Shown here: piece after piece, positions 1-10,139 of the stretch | Position numbering within the stretch: the first letter of the stretch is position 1 | Layout of the letters: each line of letters starts with the position of its first letter | Source: a virus | Lineage: Duplodnaviria > Heunggongvirae > Uroviricota > Caudoviricetes | Direction: 5' to 3' (one strand) | Length of the DNA stretch: 64,000 nt | IMG/VR virus record: IMGVR_UViG_3300021168_000019 | Coordinates: 26,672 to 90,671 of that record | Position numbers and translations under genes: made by a program | The notes under the pieces: model-generated | Database searches by the model: none | What the model was told of the DNA's origin: nothing | The model's input: the letters and a program-made list of their open reading frames with translations, nothing else

Positions 1-1539
1 GAATCTAGGAGTAGAGGATGTCGGCGCTCTTAGTGTAATAATTTCATTAAATGAGGCTTGCGTGCCACCGCTTATCGAGGCCGTATTAGAATACGTTGTT
101 CCAACGGAAGCTTGGTAGAATCCCGCTATTACTCCGTTCGTGGCACCAACCACGTTTCCTGTAGTTGTATAGCCAGAACTAGCACTAATGATACTTCCGG
201 GTTGAAACTCATTAGCTACCATGCCTACTACTAAATCTCCTACTGGAGCAAACATCTGTTCAGAGGATAATGAAGCAGATGTAGAAGTTACAAGCAGACT
301 TGCTCCCTCTAAAGGTTTAGAATCGACTCCTGAGAATTCTTGCACGTACATTGTTATTTGACCGGCACCTGTACAAGTATATGTGATTGTATCTGAGCCA
401 GCCGAAACGTTTCCAGCTACGGCAACTACCGCTGAAGCAAACGTTGAATTTGTGGAACTAACTACTTTGAATCCATTACTTGCACTATCAGTAAGTGATA
501 CGTATGGGCCGGGATATGGACTAGCGTTGCACACAGCCATTACTACCAGAGCATCACCGGCAGTTATACCTGTTAAAGTTAATGTCTTTGATGTAGCTGT
601 GGTCGTAGTCGATGATCCGGCACTTTGGACAAAGCAAGGCGCGGACCCCGCTCCTGTAGTAAAGTTTTCTCCTGTAAGATTTGCCCCGCTAACTGTTATG
701 CTGATAGTTGCTGGTGAGAAATTAATACATCCGCCTGCGGGTACTATTGTGTAGCTACCATTAGGTATACCTGATATGGTATAGGAAGTTGAACCTGTTA
801 CAGATGTAGTAGCTACTATTGTCGATCCAGATTTTACAGCAATGTTTGTAGGAGTAGCTGTACTGGGGATGCTACCGGAAACAGAGAACGTGGATGTTGT
901 GAAAGCCAATACAGGCAGGTTATACTGTGTGCTGCCGCCTGAAATAGTAAATGATGACGTATATGTTCCCGAAGTGGCGGCTGAAAAGTAAGAAGTTGCC
1001 AGCGCATCTGCACCATTGTTTTGACCACCTAGAGTAAATGGTGAGTTTGCTGTGAAAGTGTTAGAACTATGGAATCCATCAATTGCTGAAACTATCAATT
1101 CATTAGCACTTCCTACAGTTATACTTTTAGTTACTGTTCCTGCTGACGTTCCTGTAGTAGTAACTGAGGTATCAAAAGCTGTTACATTTGAGTATTCATC
1201 TACGGCTAGCTGGTTAAATGCGTTAGAAGGAGTTACTGTTATAGTAGTTGCAGCATTTGTATTTGCAAAGGCATACCAAGTAGACAGGAATGACCCTGAT
1301 ATATTAGTATTAGTTGCCATAGTCCAAGTATTAGAATGGTTATCTGATACAGTTGGAGTAGATGAACTTTCCGTGTGAAACGATAGAACTAGCAAATTCC
1401 CTGTAGTAACTGGTGTAATGTTAATTGTAGTTACACTACCGCCTGTGTGTACATTTTGTACGTGAGCCGCGTGTGCAACCGGGGCCATCAGTGCTGCAAA
1501 AAGTACCACCGACGATAGTAGTTTTTTAATGAGTCCCAT
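1..1539 (-). CDS. secreted Thr/Ser/Gly-rich tail-fibre/adhesin-like protein, partial (start at 1539, runs off window start)
   Basis: minus-strand ATG 1539-1537 preceded by GGAGGAG RBS (1549-1555); N-terminal signal-peptide-like MGLIKKLLSSVVLFAALMAPVAHA; open frame to window edge; plus-strand ORFs 383..754 and 1052..1378 are antisense artefacts. Confidence 0.5.
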   Translation of the reverse strand, partial: MGLIKKLLSSVVLFAALMAPVAHAAHVQNVHTGGSVTTINITPVTTGNLLVLSFHTESSSTPTVSDNHSNTWTMATNTNISGSFLSTWYAFANTNAATTITVTPSNAFNQLAVDEYSNVTAFDTSVTTTGTSAGTVTKSITVGSANELIVSAIDGFHSSNTFTANSPFTLGGQNNGADALATSYFSAATSGTYTSSFTISGGSTQYNLPVLAFTTSTFSVSGSIPSTATPTNIAVKSGSTIVATTSVTGSTSYTISGIPNGSYTIVPAGGCINFSPATISITVSGANLTGENFTTGAGSAPCFVQSAGSSTTTTATSKTLTLTGITAGDALVVMAVCNASPYPGPYVSLTDSASNGFKVVSSTNSTFASAVVAVAGNVSAGSDTITYTCTGAGQITMYVQEFSGVDSKPLEGASLLVTSTSASLSSEQMFAPVGDLVVGMVANEFQPGSIISASSGYTTTGNVVGATNGVIAGFYQASVGTTYSNTASISGGTQASFNEIITLRAPTSSTPRF

Positions 1540-3028
1540 GTATAGCTCCTCCTATGGTAGCTAACGTAGCATCAGCAGTTGCCGGTCCTGTAATTTCAAC
1601 GTAGTCCCCTGCCGCTAATGATCCGCCGCTCCCTGAGAGGGTCGCAGAGGTACCCGATGCTGAAAATACTGCCGTGCAAAGTGTTGTAGGGCTTCCGGTA
1701 GGTCCACCGGCCAATTTGGTAACAGTAAATGTTGTAGAACCAGTTGCGGCTACTAGTGCGCCCATGTACGATCCTGTGCAAGACGATGGGATAGTTATAG
1801 TTAGAGAGATTGGAATAAACAGCATAACTTGATTGTTAGCCGGAACGCCTACGAATGTAGAAGATATCTGTACTGCTCTTGGTGTGACACTTACTACTAC
1901 AGCGCCCGTTGTAGGACTCACTGTTATCGTACCATCTGAGTTCGTTACAGATGTAACACCACCGCCCGAAATTCCGCACGGTCCCCCTGCATCTACCATT
2001 GACCATGTACCGCCGCTTACGACAGGTTCATAGCAATCTCCACTAACTGGAGATGCTGGAAAAGGGATAAGAAGGGTATCAGCACCATTTTTCCAAATGT
2101 GCCAGTTTTTGTTAGTAGAGTCGTATATAATTTCACCGTTAGCCGCAGACGCTCCTCCAGCCGTTACGGGTAGCTTAAATTGGGTTGCGCCACTTGCATC
2201 GGGTGTTCCCGTAAATGCAGGACTTGCTTTTGGAGCTAATGATGCAACTGGTGTTCCACTATCTTGTGTAGTACCACTCGTATCAGAATACGTAACAACA
2301 TCGCCTGCTGTAGTACCAGACGTAGGTCCTGTAGTCAGTCCTGCGCCACTTCCTGCTAAAGCTTTACTGCTGGTAATTGTAGATGATGACCCCATAATGG
2401 CAGCTTGGCCGGATGTGCCACCTGATATTCCACTGCTAAAGGTATAATTGGGAATATTCAAGGTTCCACCGCTAAATGTAGCTGCTCCACTAGAACCAAT
2501 TGTGGTTAGAGTAATTTGACCTTGATACTGTGGAATGTTAAGAATGCTGCCGCTAAATGTAGCTGCTCCACTTGTGCCAGTTGTGGTTAGAGTAAATGAA
2601 GTTCCAACTGTAACAATAGAGAAGAAGGTTCTGTCATCAACGATACCGTTTGAGTTAATAGCACTAGACCCGGTTGTGACAATAGCGATAGGAAATTGAC
2701 TTGCACCAAATCCTGAAGTATTAGAGGCTGGAGTACAGCTACTAGCACCATTAAGGTATACATAATTAGTCGCGTTCGCCGCCATTGTCAGTGTTCCACC
2801 GGGATAGGTTACGAACGTTCCTAGAGAACAGTACACAGTTCCCGGCCCTATTTTCAAAACCAATCCAGTTCCGGCAGTTGGATAATAGCCGGGAGCCACG
2901 CCGTTCGTTGTAGTGGCATCGGCGTTAAACGGAGGAGTACCGGGAGCAGCTTGGGGCTGCTGCGCGATAAGGCCCATAGTACTCGCCATCAGGGCTAGAC
3001 TAAGAATGATATTCTTGATAAATTTCAT
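1526..3028 (-). CDS. secreted Thr/Ser/Gly-rich repeat protein (tail fibre or adhesin-like)
   Basis: 500 aa; N-terminal signal peptide MKFIKNIILSLALMASTMGLIAQQ; internal repeat ...GAATFSGSILNIPQY / GAATFSGGTLNIPNY; composition typical of fibre or Ig-like beta proteins. Confidence 0.5.
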   Translation of the reverse strand: MKFIKNIILSLALMASTMGLIAQQPQAAPGTPPFNADATTTNGVAPGYYPTAGTGLVLKIGPGTVYCSLGTFVTYPGGTLTMAANATNYVYLNGASSCTPASNTSGFGASQFPIAIVTTGSSAINSNGIVDDRTFFSIVTVGTSFTLTTTGTSGAATFSGSILNIPQYQGQITLTTIGSSGAATFSGGTLNIPNYTFSSGISGGTSGQAAIMGSSSTITSSKALAGSGAGLTTGPTSGTTAGDVVTYSDTSGTTQDSGTPVASLAPKASPAFTGTPDASGATQFKLPVTAGGASAANGEIIYDSTNKNWHIWKNGADTLLIPFPASPVSGDCYEPVVSGGTWSMVDAGGPCGISGGGVTSVTNSDGTITVSPTTGAVVVSVTPRAVQISSTFVGVPANNQVMLFIPISLTITIPSSCTGSYMGALVAATGSTTFTVTKLAGGPTGSPTTLCTAVFSASGTSATLSGSGGSLAAGDYVEITGPATADATLATIGGAIHGTH

Positions 3029-3036
3029 GTATCTCC

Positions 3037-3318
3037 TTAAACTGTTATCTTATTAGGCCCTGAAACTAGTTGGCCGTTTGCTTCGTATACTTGAATGATA
3101 TAGTAACTTCCCGCAGGGGTAATACTCGCGTTCGGCCAAAACAACGGAGTCCCAATTAAGTTACCGCTTGAATCTAATAGAAGCTTTGTAAAATTACTCT
3201 GAATTTGATCCCCCGAAGCCATTCCATCATCGCTCAAACGGATCAAAACGTACCCATTGACAACGGGATTTCCATCCGGTGTTTGAAAATTAGTGATTGG
3301 AAGTGGGCTTCTTGCCAT
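3037..3318 (-). CDS. small tail-fibre N-terminal-domain paralog
   Basis: 93 aa; clear similarity to N-terminus of 5564..6265 product (DGNPVVNGYVLIRLSDDG...LLLDSSGNLIG...GQLVSGPN vs AGNPLANGFLILELSQDG...ILLDSSGNVVT...GQLVWGPN). Confidence 0.5.
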   Translation of the reverse strand: MARSPLPITNFQTPDGNPVVNGYVLIRLSDDGMASGDQIQSNFTKLLLDSSGNLIGTPLFWPNASITPAGSYYIIQVYEANGQLVSGPNKITV

Positions 3319-4244
3319 TAGATCGCTCCCTTTGCTTGATGTCCTTGTTGTAGATTTTGACCTTTAACAGTGGATGCCCCGGTTACCTGTTCCCAATTAT
3401 TGAGCCAGATATTCAGTTGCGTATCAGTCAGGCCCTCAGCCGTACTTAATAGGTTGGTTACAAACTTCTGGCTAGCCATTTGCCATCTATTATCATCGGC
3501 AAACTGATACATAAACATTAGAAAACCCCAGTTATAAAGACGGGAGTACTCGTCTGGAATTGGTGACCATGTATCATCCAATCCGTCGATAATGGGCGGC
3601 TTCTGTTGAAGTTGAATGACAACTGGATATGCTTTATCAGGACAAGGCATTAGACGGAATGTTACATTATTATTACCTACGTCGAATTGGGCGGATATAC
3701 TATGTGGTCTAGCTGTTTGGGTTTCCAAAGCAAGGTCAAGGTGCGGAGTAATCTGCTTCCATACTAACGCGCATGTATTCTGATCTTGATCTTGAATAGA
3801 TGCGTTTTCAATCCAGTTTAGAGAATATGTTTGGCTGAGATTTGATGTTCCAATATGGCCCATATTGGTCCAGATAGCGGAGCCATCCGTAGTCGTTTGG
3901 CCTACAGTTACATTGAATGGAGTTGGAATGGTGCTTCCAGTTGTACCCGCTGTGGTTACTTGCTGAGAGAACCCATTTGAATCTACCAGTACATAACCAA
4001 GTGAAACCGATGTGGTCGCTCCCCAGTTGAATATGGTGTAATCCTGTTGACCGGGATTGGTAATAAATCCAGTTGCCACTCTATTCCAGCGCCATGCAAA
4101 AGGAGCGCCAATGATAGTTTGAAGAATGGTATTAGCGCTCGTGATAGCAGGCTCTAGAAAATTACCAAGTGCCAACGGGCGGCGGAATACAAAACGCTTT
4201 GCCCACTCAACGGTTTGAAGTACTGTTATTGAAGAATTTGCCAT
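3318..4244 (-). CDS. putative tail fibre/structural protein
   Basis: 308 aa ORF in fibre cluster; T/S/N-rich; start overlaps upstream gene stop. Confidence 0.4.
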   Translation of the reverse strand: MANSSITVLQTVEWAKRFVFRRPLALGNFLEPAITSANTILQTIIGAPFAWRWNRVATGFITNPGQQDYTIFNWGATTSVSLGYVLVDSNGFSQQVTTAGTTGSTIPTPFNVTVGQTTTDGSAIWTNMGHIGTSNLSQTYSLNWIENASIQDQDQNTCALVWKQITPHLDLALETQTARPHSISAQFDVGNNNVTFRLMPCPDKAYPVVIQLQQKPPIIDGLDDTWSPIPDEYSRLYNWGFLMFMYQFADDNRWQMASQKFVTNLLSTAEGLTDTQLNIWLNNWEQVTGASTVKGQNLQQGHQAKGAI

Positions 4245-4252
4245 TAGGTTCC

Positions 4253-5554
4253 TTATTTTTGTTTTCTGGTGTTACCTACGCTTACCCAAACTACAGGAAT
4301 GTGAGAAAGTACTATAAGGCTTGCAAATATAGTAATAGATAGTCCGTTCAAATTAACTTGACTGTTATCTGCTATGGTGCCATATATGTTTACACCTAAT
4401 CCATTGCTGCCGTTAACTTGGCTCAAGCTGAGTCCACCTGTACCCCATAAATCTGTTGAATTTCCTAGCACATAACTAGTAGACCAACTTCCTACTGTGA
4501 TAGATTTTGGTGTACCAATAGGTGTACCTGCCACAGTAAGTTGTATATCCAATGTACAGGATGTTCCTGATGCTATGCCAGTACTGAATGCTACTTCCAC
4601 TCCGTTGACTACTGATCCTACAGGTAGAGCGAACCCTGAATCAGTTCCCTCAAGGGTCTGTAGTTGATTGGGTGGAGTTGGAGTGCCGCCGCCCGGTAAT
4701 GTATACACGATGGCGAATCCCGCGTAACCTACTCCACCATAATACCCACCAATGCCTGCTAAAGTTGCTTCGATGCCTAGTTGAAAAAAGGCTGTATTTA
4801 AAATGGCTAGGTTCGTTCCTAGAGTACCTGTAACTTCTGCCGTGCTGTTCATAAGAAATGAACTAGGACTTCCTGCCCCTGAATAAAATAACTTTAATGA
4901 AATGAACGATCCAGAAACTGAAGTTGATAAGGCGTTAGCTACTCCATATATACCTACTACAGTTGCTCCGGCAGGTAAAGTAGGAATTGTAGCAAATGGA
5001 CTAGTAGTAGAAATTTGTGGATTAAAAGAACCTCCACCAAATCCGGCGCATCCTCTATCAAATACACTATATGCACATGGTTCATGTAGTTGATTAGAAG
5101 TAACAGTACCCCCTCCGGTCCAAGGCCCTTCACAGGCAGCGTATACCACGAATTGACCGGGACCGGGAGTAAAAGCACCGTCAATGTTCTGCGCGAATGA
5201 ATATGTGGTAGTAGGAGTTGCTGTGCCTGCGTCTGTTGTAGTAGAAATATTAGTGTGTGTGTAATTAGCTGAGAACGAAGTTGTACTTAATCCGCTTGAA
5301 AGAACCACAAGACTAACACCATTCAAAAATGTACTATTTACCATGTTCCCCATTATTACAGTCTGTCCTGCTACTAATGGGGTGAATTGTGTCGTGGTGA
5401 CAAAGGATACTACGTTTGAAGATATCGTAACTGATTGTACAATAACTGTACTGGTAGAGCCTATTCCAGAACCAGTTGCCTCAGTAGGATTCTGCCAAGG
5501 AACACCGGTTCCCGCACTTACAAGAGATGTAGGAGATTCTGTATAGGTTGCCAT
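4253..5554 (-). CDS. putative tail fibre protein (T/S/G-rich)
   Basis: 433 aa; extreme Thr/Ser/Gly composition, no signal peptide; in fibre gene cluster. Confidence 0.45.
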   Translation of the reverse strand: MATYTESPTSLVSAGTGVPWQNPTEATGSGIGSTSTVIVQSVTISSNVVSFVTTTQFTPLVAGQTVIMGNMVNSTFLNGVSLVVLSSGLSTTSFSANYTHTNISTTTDAGTATPTTTYSFAQNIDGAFTPGPGQFVVYAACEGPWTGGGTVTSNQLHEPCAYSVFDRGCAGFGGGSFNPQISTTSPFATIPTLPAGATVVGIYGVANALSTSVSGSFISLKLFYSGAGSPSSFLMNSTAEVTGTLGTNLAILNTAFFQLGIEATLAGIGGYYGGVGYAGFAIVYTLPGGGTPTPPNQLQTLEGTDSGFALPVGSVVNGVEVAFSTGIASGTSCTLDIQLTVAGTPIGTPKSITVGSWSTSYVLGNSTDLWGTGGLSLSQVNGSNGLGVNIYGTIADNSQVNLNGLSITIFASLIVLSHIPVVWVSVGNTRKQK

Positions 5555-5563
5555 TATTCATCC

Positions 5564-6265
5564 TTAGTTCAAAGCGGTTCCACTTAGTAGGAATCCAATG
5601 TTCGCTAGAGTTGCGTCTAGGCCGGATGGTGCAATGATTGTCAAAACATCTCCGGCAAAGAACGTAGCTCCCGCACTGGCGTATACTCCTACTGAAGAAC
5701 TAGGTGAGAAGGTTACCGTTGCGAACTGTACGCCATTTTGTTGTATAGAAAAAACTACGGTTCCTGTTGAATCGGTCCCGCAAGCCGCTGTACTTGGAAC
5801 CATATTAGCTGCAAATCTTACTGATCGTTCCAAGGCTAGTAGAAGTAACGTTTGAACTGTTGTGTATGTGCCTACAAAACAACCTATATCATAAGTTACA
5901 ACTGTAGGAACTGGAGATAACCCCCCACCGGGAGGCCAAGTGCCGATAGGAAACGGAGAAGGCGTACTGAATACTTGTACCGCGTTAGGTCCCCATACCA
6001 ATTGTCCCGCTGCTGTGTAAGCAGATGCAATATAGAATGTGTTGGACGGGGTAATTACATCATTAGGCCACACATACTGAGGCGGGGAAGTGACCACATT
6101 GCCACTAGAGTCTAGTAGGATTTTGATCTTTCTTCCCGCAGCAACCTCTGTAGAAGTATTTACTTGCCCGTCTTGTGATAGTTCCAAGATAAGAAAGCCA
6201 TTAGCCAACGGGTTTCCAGCGGCATCTTGATAGTTTCCGCCTGTAAGTTGAACCTTAGTGCTCAT
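5564..6265 (-). CDS. putative tail fibre protein
   Basis: 233 aa; N-terminal domain paralogous to 3037..3318 product. Confidence 0.45.
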   Translation of the reverse strand: MSTKVQLTGGNYQDAAGNPLANGFLILELSQDGQVNTSTEVAAGRKIKILLDSSGNVVTSPPQYVWPNDVITPSNTFYIASAYTAAGQLVWGPNAVQVFSTPSPFPIGTWPPGGGLSPVPTVVTYDIGCFVGTYTTVQTLLLLALERSVRFAANMVPSTAACGTDSTGTVVFSIQQNGVQFATVTFSPSSSVGVYASAGATFFAGDVLTIIAPSGLDATLANIGFLLSGTALN

Positions 6266-6717
6266 AATCCACCCCTTAGATACTTTGCCATTTTCTCTAA
6301 CAGGTCAGGATCATCATTGACCTTACCTATAACCAAATTGCATCGTGAACATAAGATGCCGCGATGGTTGGCAGTGCCATCGTGTTTATGATCTATGTGC
6401 CACTTGTTTTCAAATCCTTTTCCCCATGTACAGGTATCGGTTCCACAAATGGCACATTTATTGTCTTGAGCGGTTAGCAATGCTTCCCGTTCTTCTAAAG
6501 ATTCAATACCGTAACGGGAACGTAACTGGAAATGCGTTCTATTCCTGTAAAAAGTTCCGTTCTTATCTTCCAAGGCGTTCTTTTTTACTCGTTCGTTGTG
6601 GCACTTTCGGCACCTACGTCCATTCTTAATGCCGTTCTTAAACAACTGAATAGCATTCGCTTCGGTGAACTCGTGTCCGCGTTTACAGTGTGTTTTGTGA
6701 GCAGGTCCAGTACGCAT
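6262..6717 (-). CDS. HNH homing endonuclease
   Basis: 151 aa; N-terminal CKRGHEF zinc-binding module, HNH core WHIDHKHDG...NHRGILCSRCN; inserted between fibre genes. Confidence 0.7.
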   Translation of the reverse strand: MRTGPAHKTHCKRGHEFTEANAIQLFKNGIKNGRRCRKCHNERVKKNALEDKNGTFYRNRTHFQLRSRYGIESLEEREALLTAQDNKCAICGTDTCTWGKGFENKWHIDHKHDGTANHRGILCSRCNLVIGKVNDDPDLLEKMAKYLRGGL

Positions 6718-6730
6718 AAGTCCTTTGTTA

Positions 6731-8077
6731 TCACCAACCTGACCAGGGGCCGAAGGGTTGAGCCGGGTTCAAAGGATTTACTCCCCAACCCGTGTCCATT
6801 ACAAGGCTGGCAGGATAGAAGCCAAAGTCATCCATCTCACGGTCAGCCTGACGTACAGCCTTATCGAGTGATTCTAACCACCATTGTCTTTCTTGCTGAT
6901 ACTTAGCTCTCACACGAGGATCAGGGTTACGTCTAAAGCATTCTGCAAAGAAACCTTGCTTGAATGCCCATTCCCAGTCATCGGGAATTGGATTGAGATA
7001 TTGTGATAGGTTATAGAAGCGTGGAGCCTTCATTTGTCCTACTGCCTGAATCTGCCATACCACTCCGGTCTGAGGCGGGATAGGTAGAAGTCTAATACCC
7101 TGTCCTACAGGATTAATTGCCGTCCATACGGATGTACCATCTACTACCGTTGTCGCCAAGATGTTTGGGTTACGGAGAGTGGGGAACGTTGGGTTAGTAG
7201 GCCAAGCGGGTTGAGTTGCACCGCACGTACCGAATGTTGTCAAGCACCATAGGTTTCCATAAGGGTCCTTAATCGCCGTAATAGCATTCTGTGGGGTTAG
7301 TAAAGTTCCAATAGGATTAGTGTATACTACGTTCGGGCCGGGATTCTGTTGTCCGGTTGCTCCGGGTCCAGATACTACCGTCTCGCCTGCTGGATTTGCA
7401 GCCGTAGGCCCTAATGGGTGCTGTCCCCATGTTCCTGTATTCAACATTGAATTTGGAAGCCAGCTAATCTTACCGGGATACGAAGTCTGGTTATTTGTTA
7501 CCATCAAATCCTTCGTAACTTCTAGGTATGTTTTCTGCTTAGGCACAGATGTCTGATTAAGATTTACTGCCCATGCGGATTCTAACCAACCAAGGTTGAC
7601 AAGTCCGGGGATAAAGTAATCTTGCTGAAGACTGATAGTTGTAAACGCTGGAATGTTGTATCTATTCCATTTCCAGTTGTAGGGTTGCCCACCGGGACCA
7701 CCGTTAATCAACTGCTGCATTACGTCATTGGCAATCGACATAGCAGGTTGCATGGCAGACCCGCCCGTTGATAGAGCCGGAGCAACATCTCCTAGCGTAT
7801 TAGCATCATCTACAACATCTTGTAGTCTAATTGTGGAATTACCGTATACTGTGCACGCTGGAGTAACACTGGCAAATATAATTGCAAATCCTGTTATACC
7901 TACACCAGACGCCACTAGATACAGGTTATTAGCATCATATTTAGTAGATTGGAACCAAATTGCCCCGCCTGATGTAAGCTCGAATATTACGCTTCCGGGA
8001 ACGACTCCCAGATTGTGTGGCAAGGTAAAGTTACCGGGCGCGGTAGTTGTAAATGCTACTTGAACTTGTGTTAACAT
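6731..8077 (-). CDS. putative tail protein / receptor-binding protein
   Basis: 448 aa; N-terminal ~75 aa duplicated as the separate small gene 8087..8311. Confidence 0.45.
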   Translation of the reverse strand: MLTQVQVAFTTTAPGNFTLPHNLGVVPGSVIFELTSGGAIWFQSTKYDANNLYLVASGVGITGFAIIFASVTPACTVYGNSTIRLQDVVDDANTLGDVAPALSTGGSAMQPAMSIANDVMQQLINGGPGGQPYNWKWNRYNIPAFTTISLQQDYFIPGLVNLGWLESAWAVNLNQTSVPKQKTYLEVTKDLMVTNNQTSYPGKISWLPNSMLNTGTWGQHPLGPTAANPAGETVVSGPGATGQQNPGPNVVYTNPIGTLLTPQNAITAIKDPYGNLWCLTTFGTCGATQPAWPTNPTFPTLRNPNILATTVVDGTSVWTAINPVGQGIRLLPIPPQTGVVWQIQAVGQMKAPRFYNLSQYLNPIPDDWEWAFKQGFFAECFRRNPDPRVRAKYQQERQWWLESLDKAVRQADREMDDFGFYPASLVMDTGWGVNPLNPAQPFGPWSGW

Positions 8078-8086
8078 CTTATCTCC

Positions 8087-8311
8087 TTAACAACTGCTGC
8101 ATGTTGCGAACACTATTGCAACGCCTGTAATTCCTGTACCTGATGCTACTAAATAGAGATTCATGGAGTCGTATCGTGGATTTTGAAACCACACGACTCC
8201 ACCGTTTGTAAATTCAAAGATCACCGTGGTAGGGACCATTCCAAGGTTATGAGCCAAGGTAAAATTACCCGGTGCTGATGTTGTGAATGGAATGGTCACA
8301 TTTTCCTGCAT
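8087..8311 (-). CDS. small paralog of N-terminal domain of 6731..8077 product
   Basis: 74 aa; FTTSAPGNFTLAHNLGMVPTTVIFEFTNGGVVWFQ...NLYLVASGTGITG nearly colinear with N-terminus of neighbouring 448-aa protein. Confidence 0.45.
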   Translation of the reverse strand: MQENVTIPFTTSAPGNFTLAHNLGMVPTTVIFEFTNGGVVWFQNPRYDSMNLYLVASGTGITGVAIVFATCSSC

Positions 8312-8319
8312 GTGTCTCC

Positions 8320-8928
8320 TTATCGAAGTGTCGTACTCGCGGTTACTTCACGATAAAACGCACCGTTGTCCGAGAAGCGGAACTGTACCGAACCAGATGC
8401 CACATTACGCGTCTGGAAATTGATAGCAGTCTCGTATTCAACCACTGCCTTCAAGAAGTCCTGCTCACTGTTGTAGCTTTCCTTAACGGGAGGCTTCCAT
8501 GTCTTGGCGCAACGTAGACAGCGTACCCACATGTCGCCGTTGCAGAAGGTATGCTTCATAACTGCGTACTGCGAGTCTGTACCCTGTCCACCTACAATAG
8601 CGTGGAGTCCGTCACCACCTTTGCGGTGATTGCAGCGCTTCTGTGCCGCGTTATCCTGCTGTGCAAGTTGCTTCAAGGTAGCGCCGTTTGTGAGGCTACG
8701 CTGACGTTTAGTTTCGCGGCGTAGCTCACGTTCTGCAAGACGTTCCTGAAGGTCTTGAATGTTTGCTTGCTTCTCAAGAAGTTCAAGCTTTAGTCTCTGC
8801 TGTTCAAGCTTCGCGTTTTCTAGAGCGATGCTTTCTAGCTCTGTAGGCAGCGCTTTAGCGGCCAATTGATTTGTCTGGGGAGCAGACTGTTGATTCGCCC
8901 CCTCTACGATATCTCCAAGTTTACCCAT
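8320..8928 (-). CDS. coiled-coil protein with C-terminal Cys cluster (structural/assembly?)
   Basis: 202 aa; heptad-like ELLEKQANIQDLQERLAERELRRE; CNHRKG...CNGDMWVRCLRC. Confidence 0.3.
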   Translation of the reverse strand: MGKLGDIVEGANQQSAPQTNQLAAKALPTELESIALENAKLEQQRLKLELLEKQANIQDLQERLAERELRRETKRQRSLTNGATLKQLAQQDNAAQKRCNHRKGGDGLHAIVGGQGTDSQYAVMKHTFCNGDMWVRCLRCAKTWKPPVKESYNSEQDFLKAVVEYETAINFQTRNVASGSVQFRFSDNGAFYREVTASTTLR

Positions 8929-8937
8929 GAATCTCCT

Positions 8938-9597
8938 CTATTCACCTAAACTACTACCTGCGTTTCTGAATGCCTGTAGTGTTGAATTGTATCTGGCAAA
9001 AGCTTTGCCTTGACCGGGCCTTCCAAATACTTCGTTTGCTTTTTCCTCAGTCAGAATTCCTTTAAGAATGATCTGAAGCAAACATGTACGCCACCCTCTG
9101 CGACGTTCTGCTAGAGGCGCACCGTACTGGTCAAAGTTCATAATGGACAGTTCCGGCATTTGTCCGTATTGCGCCCAACATGCTATTTCCGGCTCGGCTA
9201 CACCAAGTTTTGTATACAATAGTGTAACTTTATCCGCATGTGGATGTTGTCTATAATGGCAGGATACTCCGGCCTGTCTAAGTTTAGTAATAAACTCAGC
9301 ATGTGACATTACCTTGCCGATTCTAGCTTCCACATCGGCATAGTCACCGGGTTGGAGCCATTGATACTGACTGGCGATGCCTTCATTGATTTCTTGGTTC
9401 TCAGCTAGTAGTTCTTTAGTCTGGGAACTTACAGGCGCGTCTTGATGTCTCTTGTTAGCGTAATCCGCGATCTGCGCGGCCAGTTCAGGGGTTACCTGAC
9501 GGCCAACTAGTTCCTTTTCATAAGACTCCCAAGGGGCAGTTTCGCTTAAACGCGTTCCCTGTGCCGCTTGTATTTCCTGCATTGTAGGCTGTGTCAT
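8938..9597 (-). CDS. hypothetical protein
   Basis: 219 aa ORF, RBS-like sequence upstream, no recognised motif. Confidence 0.35.
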   Translation of the reverse strand: MTQPTMQEIQAAQGTRLSETAPWESYEKELVGRQVTPELAAQIADYANKRHQDAPVSSQTKELLAENQEINEGIASQYQWLQPGDYADVEARIGKVMSHAEFITKLRQAGVSCHYRQHPHADKVTLLYTKLGVAEPEIACWAQYGQMPELSIMNFDQYGAPLAERRRGWRTCLLQIILKGILTEEKANEVFGRPGQGKAFARYNSTLQAFRNAGSSLGE

Positions 9598-9760
9598 TAG
9601 GCTCCTCTCCTAAAAACATGTCTCCCATCCAAACGAAGTCTATAACACTCATAAGGTGGGAGTCTCTTTACCCGGCTGTACACACCTGACAGAAAGAGAT
9701 GTAGTCGTATAGTTATTGAGTAACTTCGGGTAATCCACCCTATTTACGTTTACCCATACA

Positions 9761-9788
9761 ACAAAAAAGGTGCGGCCACAAGGGCCGC
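9761..9788 (-). terminator. rho-independent terminator (minus strand)
   Basis: GCGGCC-acaag-GGCCGC hairpin 9772-9788 flanked by A6 run 9763-9768 (U-tract on minus RNA), directly after stop of 9794..10114. Confidence 0.55.
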
Positions 9789-9793
9789 GATGG

Positions 9794-10114
9794 TTAATCA
9801 AAGAAATATTGGCTCTGGGTTGGCTTAGTAGCCGTGTCACGATAGGCTTTCAACGCTCGTATGGACACATCGATTATGGTGTCATAATCCTCTGGACTAC
9901 AGGGAGGTTGAAACCCGCCTTCTTCCCAGAGTCTCCGCAGGGCCAATGCAGCCTCTTGATTCTTGTCTGCATGACATAGTTCTTTAAATAGAGTATCATT
10001 ATACTCTTGTGTAATTCGGTGAGAACTACGAAGGGCTTTATTCACCCTCCGTAGTACTCGATTGTGGTTCTTGATAACAAGTTCTCGCTCGTTATCATCA
10101 TTCCATTCCGCCAT
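9794..10114 (-). CDS. hypothetical protein
   Basis: 106 aa ORF. Confidence 0.35.
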   Translation of the reverse strand: MAEWNDDNERELVIKNHNRVLRRVNKALRSSHRITQEYNDTLFKELCHADKNQEAALALRRLWEEGGFQPPCSPEDYDTIIDVSIRALKAYRDTATKPTQSQYFFD

Positions 10115-10139
10115 AATACCCTCCTCAAAGTATTACTGC

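Noticed and set aside
383-1378. Plus-strand ORFs 383..754 and 1052..1378 from the track
   Set aside because: They lie antisense to a continuous minus-strand reading frame that ends at a strong RBS and ATG at 1539, with a signal peptide and the same T/S-rich composition as neighbouring genes. They are most likely spurious.
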